The notes: a model not told the origin generated them from the letters alone. A DNA stretch of 64,000 nucleotides from Candidatus Marinacidobacterium sp. (GCA_965220965.1 OZ244852.1:2688001-2752000), one strand, 5' to 3'. Counted from the stretch's first letter, positions 47,047 to 56,228 are shown. Numbers and translations are program-made.

Positions 47047-47551
47047 GTCGGCCGGCGCCGGGCGCCCCCGGGCCGCCGGCGAGCGGCTGCTGAACGGCGT
47101 CTGCTCGATCCTCCTCGGCGGGCTCGCGCTCCTGTGCCTGGTGGAGGTTCCGCTGCGCTACGGACTCGGGGGAGGGGTCGGCTTCTACGACGAGCTCGCC
47201 GGGTTCGGGCTCGTGTGGCTCACCTTCCTGGGCGCCGTCCTGGCGCGGCGCGACGGCGCCCACATCGGGATCCGCGATCTGGTGCGACGGCTGCGCCCGG
47301 GGCTCCGCCGATGGGTGCGGCTCACCGAGCACTTGCTCATGGCGCTCCTGCAGCTCGTGATCCTCTGGTTCGGAAGCGTCCTGGCGCTCCGGTTCGCCGC
47401 CGAGCGCGCGATCACCATGCCGCTCCCCATGGGGCTCTTCTATCTGGTTCTGCCGCTGTCGGCCGCCCTGACGCTGTGGCTGGAGACCCGCCGCCTGGTC
47501 GCCGTCTGGCGGCGCGCGGAGGTCGAACCGGCGACCGGGCCGGGAGTCTGA
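47030..47551 (+). CDS. dctQ: TRAP transporter small permease (probable CTG start)
   Basis: DELAGFGLVWLTFLGA...HIGI; the first TM helix lies upstream of the GTG at 47141; in-frame CTG at 47030 follows GGAGGAG. Confidence 0.82.
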   Translation: MPDVPESAGAGRPRAAGERLLNGVCSILLGGLALLCLVEVPLRYGLGGGVGFYDELAGFGLVWLTFLGAVLARRDGAHIGIRDLVRRLRPGLRRWVRLTEHLLMALLQLVILWFGSVLALRFAAERAITMPLPMGLFYLVLPLSAALTLWLETRRLVAVWRRAEVEPATGPGV

Positions 47552-48847
47552 GTGGAGATCCTGGTCGCGCTGCTCGCGGCGGCGCTCTTCGTGCTGATCG
47601 GGATGCCGATCGGCTACGTGCTCATCGCCGCCTCGGCGCTCGCGATCTGGCTGACCACCGACACGCCGCTGGTTGTGGTGCCGCTGCGACTCTTCAACGG
47701 GACCGACTCCTTCCCGCTGATCGCGATTCCGCTGTTCATCCTCGCCGGGGCGCTCATGAACGCGTCCGGGATCTCCCGGCGACTCACCGATCTGGCGGCG
47801 GCGCTGGTCGGGTGGATGCGGGCCGGGCTGGCGATGACGACGACCGCCTCGAGCATGCTGTTTTCGGAGATGTCGGGATCGGCGGTGGCCGATGCGGCGG
47901 CGCTCGGGAGCGTGCTCATCCCGGCGATGAAGGAGCGGGGCTACCCGGCGCCCTTCGCCGCGGCGGTGCTCTCTTCCTCCGCCACGATCGCGATCCTGAT
48001 CCCGCCGTCGATCCCGATGATCCTCTACGGCGCGGTGACCGGAGCGTCCATCGCCGAGCTCTTCCTCGCCGGCGTCGTTCCCGGCGTGCTGGCCGGGGTG
48101 CTCATCATGCTGGTGAGCCGGGCGCTCGCGCGGCGCGGCGGCTTCGGGGAGTCGGAGGCGTTCCGGTGGAGGCGGACGGTCTCGGCGGCGCGGGCGGCGG
48201 CGTGGCCGCTGCTGATCCCGGCGGTCATCCTCGGCGGAATCTTCCTCGGCTGGTTCACCGCGACCGAGGCGGCGGCGGTGGCGGTGCTGCTCGCGGCCGG
48301 GATGGGGTTCGTCGGCTACCGATCGCTGCGGCGGGCGGCCGCCGCCGAGGCGTTTGTCGAGTCCGCGCGCCAGACCGCGGTCGTCATGCTGCTGGTCGCC
48401 GGATCAGCCGTGCTCGGGTGGTATCTGGCGAACCAGCAGGCGCCGGCGCGGCTGACCGGGTTCGTGCTCTCGCAGGTGGAGGCCCCGTGGGTCGTCGCGC
48501 TCGTGCTCGACGGGATCCTGCTCCTCGCCGGGACGATCCTCCACAGCGCCGCGGCGGTCGTGCTCCTCGTCCCCATCCTGCTCCCCCTCGCCGAGGCGGC
48601 CGGGATCGGTCCCGTGCACTTCGGGATGATGGTCACCGTCAGCCTCGCGGTGGGTCAGCAGACGCCGCCGGTGGCGTCGGTGCTGATCGCCACCTGCTCC
48701 ATCGCGAAGACCGGCATCTGGCAGGTCATGCGCGTCAACATCTTCTTCATCGCCGCGCTGCTTGCGGTCCTCGCCCTCGTCACCTTCTGGCCGCAGGTGA
48801 GCCTCTTCCTGCCCGATCTCCTGCTCGCGGACGGATCGAGCGGCTGA
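47552..48847 (+). CDS. dctM: TRAP transporter large permease
   Basis: GMPIG, SFPLIAIPLFILAG, SGSAVADAAA, IPPSIPMILY, FTATEAA, QTPPV. Confidence 0.95.
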   Translation: MEILVALLAAALFVLIGMPIGYVLIAASALAIWLTTDTPLVVVPLRLFNGTDSFPLIAIPLFILAGALMNASGISRRLTDLAAALVGWMRAGLAMTTTASSMLFSEMSGSAVADAAALGSVLIPAMKERGYPAPFAAAVLSSSATIAILIPPSIPMILYGAVTGASIAELFLAGVVPGVLAGVLIMLVSRALARRGGFGESEAFRWRRTVSAARAAAWPLLIPAVILGGIFLGWFTATEAAAVAVLLAAGMGFVGYRSLRRAAAAEAFVESARQTAVVMLLVAGSAVLGWYLANQQAPARLTGFVLSQVEAPWVVALVLDGILLLAGTILHSAAAVVLLVPILLPLAEAAGIGPVHFGMMVTVSLAVGQQTPPVASVLIATCSIAKTGIWQVMRVNIFFIAALLAVLALVTFWPQVSLFLPDLLLADGSSG

Positions 48848-48892
48848 CCAGCCGCGATCCGGGACGATGCGGGGGCTGCAGTCGGGTGGCGG

Positions 48893-48987
48893 CGGAAGCG
48901 TGTGGGAATCGAACCCACCATCCCGGGGGTTAGCCCGGGATCAACGGATTTGAAGTCCGCGGGGGCCGCCAGACCCCATGCGCTTCC
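48893..48987 (-). tRNA. selC: tRNA-Sec(TCA)
   Basis: GGAAGCGC-AT-GGGGTC-TGGC-GGCCCC (6-bp D stem), GCGGA-CTTCAAA-TCCGT (TCA anticodon), long variable arm ATCCCGGG/CCCGGGAT, GTGGG-TTCGATT-CCCAC, extended acceptor stem, G discriminator. Confidence 0.92.
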
Positions 48988-49039
48988 GGGAAAACCAGCC
49001 CGCGAACCCGCGGGTCCCGAACCCGCTCGGGAGGTCCGG

Positions 49040-49112
49040 TGGAGCTGACGGGGATCGAACCCGTGACCTCGTGAATGCCATTCACGCGCGCTCCCAGTTG
49101 CGCCACAGCCCC
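49040..49112 (-). tRNA. tRNA-Ala(GGC)
   Basis: GGGGCTG...CGTGAA-TGGCA-TTCACG...GGTTCGATCC...CAGCTCCA with the G3:U70 pair; CCA not encoded. Confidence 0.95.
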
Positions 49113-49265
49113 GAACCGGACGACCTTCGCGGGTTCTCCCGCAGGTCGGGAACCCGCGACTCTACCGCAGCTCCCGCTTCGATGAGGTTATCCGGCCTCG
49201 CTGCGGGAACCCGAAACCAGGCCTCGTTTCGTCGTCTGGCCCGCACGGCGACCCGGTCTCCTGCA

Positions 49266-49284
49266 GTAGTCAGTTTCTGACTAC
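49266..49284. promoter_or_regulatory. Perfect inverted repeat (putative operator) upstream of the helicase
   Basis: GTAGTCAG-TTT-CTGACTAC, 9 nt before a -10-like TATATT (49294-49299). Confidence 0.45.
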
Positions 49285-49311
49285 CCGCGTGCGTATATTC
49301 GGGGGCGCACC

Positions 49312-51717
49312 GTGAGCCAGACAGCGACGCCCTCTCCGCCCCGCCGACTGTCGCGCCGGGTGCGCCCGCGGTCGGGCGCCGATTCGCTTGCGCCGACGCA
49401 GAAGCCGGCCCTCATCCGTTCGCTGGTGGACGATCTGGCGTCCCACCCCACGCTGCGCGGCGTGACCGCGCTGCGGCGCTTCCCGGCGGAGCCGGCGGAC
49501 TACCGCGACTTTCCCGACCACCTCTCGCCGGAACTCGTCGACGCCTACCGGCGACGCGGCGTCACCCGGCTCTATTCGCACCAGCGCGAAGTGCTCGACC
49601 GCGTCGCCCGCGGCGAGCACGTGGCGGCGGTGACGCCGACGGCCTCGGGCAAGACCCTCTGCTACAACGCTCCCGTTCTGGACGGGATTCTCCGGGATCC
49701 GGACACCCGCGCCCTCTACCTGTTCCCCACGAAGGCGCTCTCCCGGGACCAGCTCAAGGAACTCCACGAGCTCGGACGCCTCCTCGGCCCCGAAGTCGGC
49801 GCCGATGTCTACGACGGGGACACTCCGGCGGACGCCCGCCGGACGATCCGTTCGCGGGCTCACGTCGTGGTCACGAACCCCGACATGCTCCATTCGGGGA
49901 TCCTGCCCCACCACACGAAGTGGGCCAAGCTGTTCGAGAACCTCCGGTTCGTCGTCCTCGACGAGATGCACACCTACCGGGGAGTCTTCGGAAGCCACCT
50001 CACGAACCTCCTCCGCCGGCTGCGCCGGATCTGTCGCCACTACGGCTCGGACCCCCTCTTCATCCTGAGCTCCGCCACGATCGCCAACCCGAAGGAGCTC
50101 GCCGGGAACCTGATCGAGCGCCCGGTTTCGCTGGTGGACCGAAGCGGCGCTCCCCGCCCGGAGCGGTACTTCGTCTTCTACAACCCGCCGGTCGTGAACG
50201 CCGAATTGGGGATCCGCCGGTCGGCCCGGCAGGAGACGCGCCGGATCGCGCGGGGCTTCCTCGAGCAGGGCCTTCAGACGATCGTCTTCTCCCGTTCGCG
50301 CAGCTCCACCGAGGTGCTGCTGCGCTACCTCCAGCACGACCTCGAGGATCGCCCGGACCGCAAGGGCGAAGTCCGCGGCTACCGCGGGGGCTACCTCCCG
50401 AAGGAGCGCCGCGCCATCGAGGCCGGCATCCGGAGCGGCGAGATCCGGGGCGTCGTCTCGACGAACGCGCTGGAGCTCGGCATCGACATCGGCGGGCTCG
50501 ACGTCGCCGTTCTCTCCGGCTACCCGGGGACCATCGCGTCCACCTGGCAGCAGGCCGGCCGCGCCGGCCGCCGCGGAGGGGCGGCGGCGGCCGTCCTCGT
50601 CGCCAACTCGGAGCCGGTGAACCAGTTCGTCATCCAGCACCCCGATTTCTTCTTCGAGGCGACTCCCGAGCACGGCCTCGTGGACCCGGACAACCTCGCG
50701 ATCCTCGTCGAGCACATCAAGTGCGCCGCCTTCGAGCTGCCGTTTCAGGCGGGGGAGACGTTCGGCGGCGAGGATCTCGAGGAGCTCCTCGGTCTCCTCG
50801 AGTCCGAGCGCATCCTCTACCGGAGCGGGGACCGCTGGTTCTGGACCGCTGACGCCTATCCGGCGAACAGCGTGAGCCTGCGCTCGGTGAGCTCGGACAA
50901 CTTCGTGGTGCACGACCGGTCGAGCGGCAGGATCATCGGCGAGGTGGACTTCGTGAGCGCCCACTCCTCGCTGCACGAGAAGGCGATCTACATGGTCCAG
51001 GGCGAGACATTTCTGGTCGAGCTGCTGGATCACGCGAAGCGGCGCGCCGAGGTGAACCCGGTGAACGCCGACTACTACACGACGGCGATCACCTACCAGA
51101 AGGTGAGCGTGCTCGACGCCGAGGCCGCCGCTCCGTCGGAGGAGGCGCCGGCGTTCCACGGTGAGGTCCACGTGCGGACTCAGGTCGTCGGCTTCAAGAA
51201 GATCCGCTTCCACACCGGCGAAAACGTGGGGTCGGGCGAGGTCGGGATGCCCGAGGTGGAGATGCACACCACCGCCTTCTGGCTGGAGACGCCGCTCGAG
51301 GTCCTGGCGGAGCTGCCCGGTTCCAACGAGGATCGCCGGGACGGCATCCGGGGCGTCCGGAACGCGATGCGGACCGTGGCGGCGACCTTCCTGATGTGCG
51401 AGCCGCACGACATCGGATCCGCTATCGGGAGCCTCTCTGCGCAGGAAGACGAGGGCGACGCCGCGTCCGGGACGGGCGACCTCCCCGGCCGGCCGCGCAT
51501 CTTCATCTACGACAACTACCCGGGCGGGATCGGGTTCTCGGCGCCGCTCTTCGAACGGCGAAACCGGCTCCTCGCCGACACCCTCGGCCTGATCGAGGCT
51601 TGTCCGTGCGCCGCCGGATGCCCGTCGTGCGTGGGGCCGAAAGGGGAGGTCGGGAGACGGGGCAAGGAGGTCGCGGCGGCCCTCTTGCGCGGCCTGCTGG
51701 GCGGGGCGGCGGAGTGA
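49312..51717 (+). CDS. DEAD/DEAH-box SF2 helicase with DUF1998 (YprA/MrfA/Hrq1 family)
   Basis: LYSHQ, TPTASGKT, FPTKALSRDQ, TNPDMLH, DEMH, SSATIANP, STNALELGIDIG, QQAGRAGR; C-terminal IYDNYPGGIG...CPCAAGCPSC. Confidence 0.93.
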   Translation: MSQTATPSPPRRLSRRVRPRSGADSLAPTQKPALIRSLVDDLASHPTLRGVTALRRFPAEPADYRDFPDHLSPELVDAYRRRGVTRLYSHQREVLDRVARGEHVAAVTPTASGKTLCYNAPVLDGILRDPDTRALYLFPTKALSRDQLKELHELGRLLGPEVGADVYDGDTPADARRTIRSRAHVVVTNPDMLHSGILPHHTKWAKLFENLRFVVLDEMHTYRGVFGSHLTNLLRRLRRICRHYGSDPLFILSSATIANPKELAGNLIERPVSLVDRSGAPRPERYFVFYNPPVVNAELGIRRSARQETRRIARGFLEQGLQTIVFSRSRSSTEVLLRYLQHDLEDRPDRKGEVRGYRGGYLPKERRAIEAGIRSGEIRGVVSTNALELGIDIGGLDVAVLSGYPGTIASTWQQAGRAGRRGGAAAAVLVANSEPVNQFVIQHPDFFFEATPEHGLVDPDNLAILVEHIKCAAFELPFQAGETFGGEDLEELLGLLESERILYRSGDRWFWTADAYPANSVSLRSVSSDNFVVHDRSSGRIIGEVDFVSAHSSLHEKAIYMVQGETFLVELLDHAKRRAEVNPVNADYYTTAITYQKVSVLDAEAAAPSEEAPAFHGEVHVRTQVVGFKKIRFHTGENVGSGEVGMPEVEMHTTAFWLETPLEVLAELPGSNEDRRDGIRGVRNAMRTVAATFLMCEPHDIGSAIGSLSAQEDEGDAASGTGDLPGRPRIFIYDNYPGGIGFSAPLFERRNRLLADTLGLIEACPCAAGCPSCVGPKGEVGRRGKEVAAALLRGLLGGAAE

Positions 51718-53255
51718 GCGCGCCCCGGGCGAGCCTCGCCGAGCGGCTGGCGAGAAGCCGGGCGCGGGTCGTCGATTCCCCGGCAAAGCCGGATTCCTCC
51801 CCGGCAAAGCCGGATTCCTCCCCGGCGAAGCCGGATTCCCCGGCAGAGCCGGGTTTCGTTGCAGAGCCGGATTTCGTAGCAAAGCCGGATTCCGTCAACG
51901 CGCCGGTTTCCTCCGGCCCGCCGGTTTCCTCCGGCGCGCCGCCGCGGGCCGGGCGGCCGGACGGCGGTCCGCAGGATGAGGCCGGGCGTCGGCTGGCGCG
52001 CCTGGAGCAGGCCCGCCGGCTGCTGCGCCAGACCGAGGACCGCTGGAAGCGCTCCGTCCGGGAGCGGCCGGTGACCGCGCGCCCCCCGGCCGCGCCCGCA
52101 GTCCCGGTCGGCCCGGCGGTCCGGGAGCCCTTCCGGCGCGAGGACCACGAGTTCCCGCTGGACTCGGACTACGCCGGGGGCGCGCTCGGGCGACTTCCGC
52201 TCGTGAGCCCGGAGCTCGCGGCGCGGCTGAATCTCCAGCCGGACGAGCCCGGCGTGGATCTCGGCCGAGCGGTCTTCGTGGATACCGAGACGAGTGGTCT
52301 GGCGGGTGGGACCGGGACCTTCGCGTTCCTGATCGGCGCCGGCTGGGTCGAGGACGGCCGGTTCCGGATCGCGCAGTTCCTGCTGCGCGACCCCTCGGCC
52401 GAGCGCGCCATGCTGGAGTCGTTCGCCGGTCTGGTGGACGCCGGGCGCGACCTCGTGACCTACAACGGAAAGTCCTTCGACGTCCCTCTGCTGGAGACCC
52501 GCTTCGCGCTGAACGCGCTTCCGGCGCCGTTTCGGCGCTCGGCGCACCTGGATCTGCTGCCTCCGGCGCGCCGCCTGTTCAAGCCGGGTCACGAATCAGC
52601 GAAGCTCGGCCATCTCGAGCGGAGCGTGCTGGGGGTGGAGCGCGACGACGACATCCCGGGCGCCGGGATTCCCCAGGTCTTCTTCGAATTTCTCCACGCC
52701 GGCCACCACCCGCTGATGAAGTCCGTCCTGTCGCACAATCGCTACGACCTGCTGACTCTGGCCGCGCTCGCGGTCCGGGCCGCGGAGCGCCTCGAGGACG
52801 ACTGGGACAGCGAGGACCCGGCGTCGCTCCACGGCGTCGGCGACCACCTCTGGAGGCGCGAGGAGTCCGAACGCGCCGTTTCGTTCCTGGAGCGCGCGCT
52901 CGCCGCCGGGCTGGGGGGCCGCCTCCGCGACCGCTGCCTCCTCCAGCTCGGCGAGCACTGGAAGCGTCTCGATCGCTGGGATGCGGCCTGCGACCTGTGG
53001 GGCCAGGTCGCGGACCTCGACATCCCCGAGCGCCTCGACGCCCTCGTCTGGTTCGCGAAGCACGAGGAGCATCGTCGGGGCGACTTCGGCGCCGCGCTAC
53101 TCCATGTCGAGGACGCCCTCGAGCGCCTCTCCCGCGTCCCGCTGCGTCCCGAGCGCCTGCGCGCCTGGCGCGAGTCCCTCGACCATCGCGCGGCCCGCCT
53201 CCGACGCCGCGCTGGCGAGCAGGGCTCTCCGGCGGCGGAGCGACGCGCCGGGTAG
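51714..53255 (+). CDS. RNase H-like (DnaQ-fold) exonuclease with C-terminal TPR (YprB/MrfB family)
   Basis: GTGA overlap with the helicase; FVDTETSGLAGGTGTFAFLIG, VTYNGKSFDVPLL, HLDLL, DDIPG, HNRYDL, AKHEEHRRGD. Confidence 0.9.
   Translation: MSAPRASLAERLARSRARVVDSPAKPDSSPAKPDSSPAKPDSPAEPGFVAEPDFVAKPDSVNAPVSSGPPVSSGAPPRAGRPDGGPQDEAGRRLARLEQARRLLRQTEDRWKRSVRERPVTARPPAAPAVPVGPAVREPFRREDHEFPLDSDYAGGALGRLPLVSPELAARLNLQPDEPGVDLGRAVFVDTETSGLAGGTGTFAFLIGAGWVEDGRFRIAQFLLRDPSAERAMLESFAGLVDAGRDLVTYNGKSFDVPLLETRFALNALPAPFRRSAHLDLLPPARRLFKPGHESAKLGHLERSVLGVERDDDIPGAGIPQVFFEFLHAGHHPLMKSVLSHNRYDLLTLAALAVRAAERLEDDWDSEDPASLHGVGDHLWRREESERAVSFLERALAAGLGGRLRDRCLLQLGEHWKRLDRWDAACDLWGQVADLDIPERLDALVWFAKHEEHRRGDFGAALLHVEDALERLSRVPLRPERLRAWRESLDHRAARLRRRAGEQGSPAAERRAG
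51774..51935 (+). repeat. In-frame 18/21-bp tandem repeats in the exonuclease N-terminus
   Basis: Six units of about GATTC(CTC)CCCGGCAAAGCCG encoding D-S-(S)-P-A-K/E-P and variants, then two copies of CCGGTTTCCTCCGGC. Confidence 0.85.
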
Positions 53256-53269
53256 GGCGCGCCCCGGCC

Positions 53270-54622
53270 TCAGCGGGCCCCGACGCCGCGGAGGTCCGCC
53301 GTCGAGGGCGGCCGCGTCCCGCGCAGTCGGTCGGCGGTCGCCTCCACCTCGCGGAAGGCGCGGAGCAGGTTGTTCGCGGCGATCGCCTCGAGGTCGCTCC
53401 TCGACCAGCCGCGGCGCAGCAGTTCGGCGAAGAGAACCGGGAAACGGCTCACGTACTCGAGTCCCTCGACCATCGAAGGGCCACCCGGGTCGTAGTAGTC
53501 GGAGCCGATGCCGATGTGCTCCACGCCGGCGACGTCCCGGATGTGCTCGATATGCATGGCCACATCGGAGACCGTCCCCCGGGGCATCGGGTGGTCCGCC
53601 TCCCAGCGCGCGACGCCCTCCGCGACCGCATCGTCATCGACGGGGAACGCGGCGCGGAGGCGTTCGAGTTCGCGGTGGCGGCGGGCGCCCCAGACGGGTT
53701 CGTACGCGCCGAGCCCCATGGCGGCGCGATCCTCTTCGGCCTCGATGCCGGTGCGGGCCAGCCACTCGGGCGGGGTGGGGACCGTGTAGCCGGGGATGAA
53801 ATCCACCATGACGACCCCGCCGTTGTCGCTCACCCGCCGGAGCACATCGTCCGGGACGTTGCGCGGGTGGGCGTTCACGGCGCGCGCGCCCGAGTGGGAG
53901 AAGAGGACCGGCGCCTCGCTCACCCGGAGGGCGTCGCGCATCGTCTCGGCGCTTACGTGGGACAGGTCCACGAACATGCCGAGACGGTTCATCTCCCGCA
54001 CGACCTCTTCGCCGAACGATGAGAGGCCCCGGTGGCGCGGGGCGTCGGTCGCGGCGTCGGCCCAGTCGTGGGTCGCGAAGTGGGTCAGCGTCATGTAGCG
54101 GGCGCCCAGGTCGTAGAGCATCCGGAGCGCGGCGGTGGAGCCCTCGATGGCGTGGCCCCCCTCGACCCCGATCAGCGAGGCGATCCGACCCTCCCGGTGC
54201 GCCCGCACGATGTCGTCCGCCGTCGTGGCGAAGGCGAAGTCGTCGTAGCGGTCCACGAAGCGGTGGATCACGTCGATCTCCCGAAGGACCTGGCGGAGCG
54301 ATTCGCCGCTCGCGATGTAGTCCACATCCACGTACGCCGACCAGAACTGGGCGCCGACGGCGCCCTCGCGCAGGCGCGGAATGTCGGCCGGCAGCTCCGG
54401 CTGGACCCGGCTCAGGTCGGCGCGGGCGTCCTCGAGGTCTCCCCGAACCACCTCGAGCAGCGAACTCGGAAGGTCGTTGTGGCCGTCGGTGAACGGGACG
54501 CCGCGGAGCAGTTCGCGGGCGCGCTCGACGAGTTCCGGCGTGATCCCGGGGGGCAGCGGCTGGGCGGCGGCGAGAGGGGTCATGGCGAGCGAAACGAGCA
54601 GGACCAGAAGGCGAAACGGCAT
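53270..54622 (-). CDS. Membrane dipeptidase (peptidase M19)
   Basis: Signal peptide; DGHNDLP, GAQFWSAYV, GVEGGH, YMTLTH, EMNRLGMFVDLSHVS, FSHS, HPRNVPDD, GIGSDY. Confidence 0.93.
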   Translation of the reverse strand: MPFRLLVLLVSLAMTPLAAAQPLPPGITPELVERARELLRGVPFTDGHNDLPSSLLEVVRGDLEDARADLSRVQPELPADIPRLREGAVGAQFWSAYVDVDYIASGESLRQVLREIDVIHRFVDRYDDFAFATTADDIVRAHREGRIASLIGVEGGHAIEGSTAALRMLYDLGARYMTLTHFATHDWADAATDAPRHRGLSSFGEEVVREMNRLGMFVDLSHVSAETMRDALRVSEAPVLFSHSGARAVNAHPRNVPDDVLRRVSDNGGVVMVDFIPGYTVPTPPEWLARTGIEAEEDRAAMGLGAYEPVWGARRHRELERLRAAFPVDDDAVAEGVARWEADHPMPRGTVSDVAMHIEHIRDVAGVEHIGIGSDYYDPGGPSMVEGLEYVSRFPVLFAELLRRGWSRSDLEAIAANNLLRAFREVEATADRLRGTRPPSTADLRGVGAR

Positions 54623-54706
54623 GGCGCTCCTTCCCGGTTTCGGGGGATCCCGAATGTACCTTCGGAGGCTCGCCCCGGCTTCCGCTTCGCGGCAGCCTGT
54701 CTCGCG

Positions 54707-54958
54707 CTACCCCCCGCTGACCGGGGGGAGGAAGGCCAGTTCGTCCCCGGGCTCGACCGGGGTGTCGCGCGGGACGAATCGCTGGTTGCGCGCCACGCTG
54801 ATCGAGCGGTCGAGCGGCGCCAGGCCCGGGCAGTCGCGCACCAGCCCGCTCCAGACCTCGGCGGCGGTGAGACCGGGGCGGTGCTCCACTTCCATCTGTC
54901 GGCGGCCAAAGGCCTCGCGGGCCGCAGCGAACAGGAGAACGGTGACCGGAGCGCTCAC
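54707..54958 (-). CDS. moaD: Molybdopterin synthase sulfur carrier subunit
   Basis: VTVLLFAAARE...ARNQRFV...GDELAFLPPVSGG (C-terminal GG). Confidence 0.92.
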   Translation of the reverse strand: MSAPVTVLLFAAAREAFGRRQMEVEHRPGLTAAEVWSGLVRDCPGLAPLDRSISVARNQRFVPRDTPVEPGDELAFLPPVSGG

Positions 54959-55386
54959 CCGGTGACCGGCTCCTTCGGGCCCTCGACCCACACGTCGCCT
55001 CCCTCGAAGAACTCGCGCTTCCAGATGGGAGCGATGCGCTTGATCTCGTCCATCGTGTGTTTTCCGGCAAGGAAGGCGGCGCCCCGGTGACCCGAGGCGA
55101 CCACCACGACGACGCTCGCTTCTCCGACCTCGACCCGGCCAAGGCGATGGTGGATCCGGATCGCCGAGACGCCGAAGCGCTCCCGCGCGGCGTCCGCGAT
55201 CCGCTCGAGGACCGGAATCGCCATCGCCTCGTAGGCCTCGTACTCCAGATGGAGCACATCGCGCCCCTTGTTCCTGCCCCGGACGACCCCGGAGAACACG
55301 ACCACCGCCCCGTCCGCCGCCCCGGTGATTCCGCGCGCGATCCCGGCCTCGTCGAGCGGGTCGGTCGTCAGCCGGAACGGTTCCAC
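54955..55386 (-). CDS. moaE: Molybdopterin synthase catalytic subunit
   Basis: GAVVVFSGVVR, LEYEAYEAMA, HRLG, SGHRGAAF, IKRIAPIWKRE. Confidence 0.94.
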   Translation of the reverse strand: MEPFRLTTDPLDEAGIARGITGAADGAVVVFSGVVRGRNKGRDVLHLEYEAYEAMAIPVLERIADAARERFGVSAIRIHHRLGRVEVGEASVVVVVASGHRGAAFLAGKHTMDEIKRIAPIWKREFFEGGDVWVEGPKEPVTG

Positions 55387-55390
55387 GGCG

Positions 55391-56194
55391 TCAGTTTCCT
55401 ACAAGACCGCCCGGGAGGTGTCCGAGGGGCCCGTGGCCGGCGCCGAGCGGCGCCGCCCGCTCCATCGCCCTCCGCAGGTAGTCGCGCGCGCCGGCCACCG
55501 CCGCCCGCAGCGTCGCCCCCCGCGCGAGGCGCGCCGTGACCGCCGCCGACAGCGTGCAGCCGGTGCCGTGGGTCGATCGGGTGTGGATGCGGGGGCTCCG
55601 GAACTCGTGGATCTCGCCGTCCGCGAAGAGCAGATCCACGACCTCGTCGCGCTCCAGGTGGCCGCCCTTGACGAGAACCGCGCCCGCCCCCAGCGCGAGC
55701 AGCCGCTCTCCCGCGGCGCGCATCCCCGCCTCGTCCTCGACCGGGCGCCCGGTGAGGTCGGCGGCTTCCGGCAGGTTCGGGGTCAGGAGCGCGGCGCGCG
55801 GGAGGAGCTCCTCCCGCACCGCCGCGACCGCGTCGTCGCGGAGCAGCCGGTGGCCGCTCTTCGCCACCATGACCGGGTCCACGATGACCGGGCAGGCCAG
55901 CCGCTCGAGCGAGCCGACGACCGCCAGGATGATCTCCGCCGAGGACAGCATCCCGGTCTTGGCGGCGAGGGGGGCCAGGTCCTCCGCCACCGCATCGATC
56001 TGGGCGGTGACGATCTCCGGACGGATCTCCTGGACGCCGGTCACCCCCAGCGTGTTCTGCGCGGTGACTGCGGTGAGCGCCGAAACCCCGTAGACGCCGT
56101 GCGCCGCGAAGGTCTTCAGATCCGCCTGGATCCCGGCGCCGCCCCCCGAGTCGGACCCGGCGATGGTCAGCGCCACCGGAACCGCGGTGCTCAC
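55391..56194 (-). CDS. thiD: Hydroxymethylpyrimidine/phosphomethylpyrimidine kinase
   Basis: [62 protein letters not shown]. Confidence 0.95.
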   Translation of the reverse strand: MSTAVPVALTIAGSDSGGGAGIQADLKTFAAHGVYGVSALTAVTAQNTLGVTGVQEIRPEIVTAQIDAVAEDLAPLAAKTGMLSSAEIILAVVGSLERLACPVIVDPVMVAKSGHRLLRDDAVAAVREELLPRAALLTPNLPEAADLTGRPVEDEAGMRAAGERLLALGAGAVLVKGGHLERDEVVDLLFADGEIHEFRSPRIHTRSTHGTGCTLSAAVTARLARGATLRAAVAGARDYLRRAMERAAPLGAGHGPLGHLPGGLVGN

Positions 56195-56228
56195 GCGGCC
56201 CTTGTCCGGGCCGCCGCGCACGGACGGA

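Noticed and set aside
49126-49159. 10-bp stem TCGCGGGTTC/GAACCCGCGA upstream of tRNA-Ala as a separate ncRNA
   Set aside because: A single GC-rich hairpin in a tRNA leader with no recognisable family features; not enough evidence.
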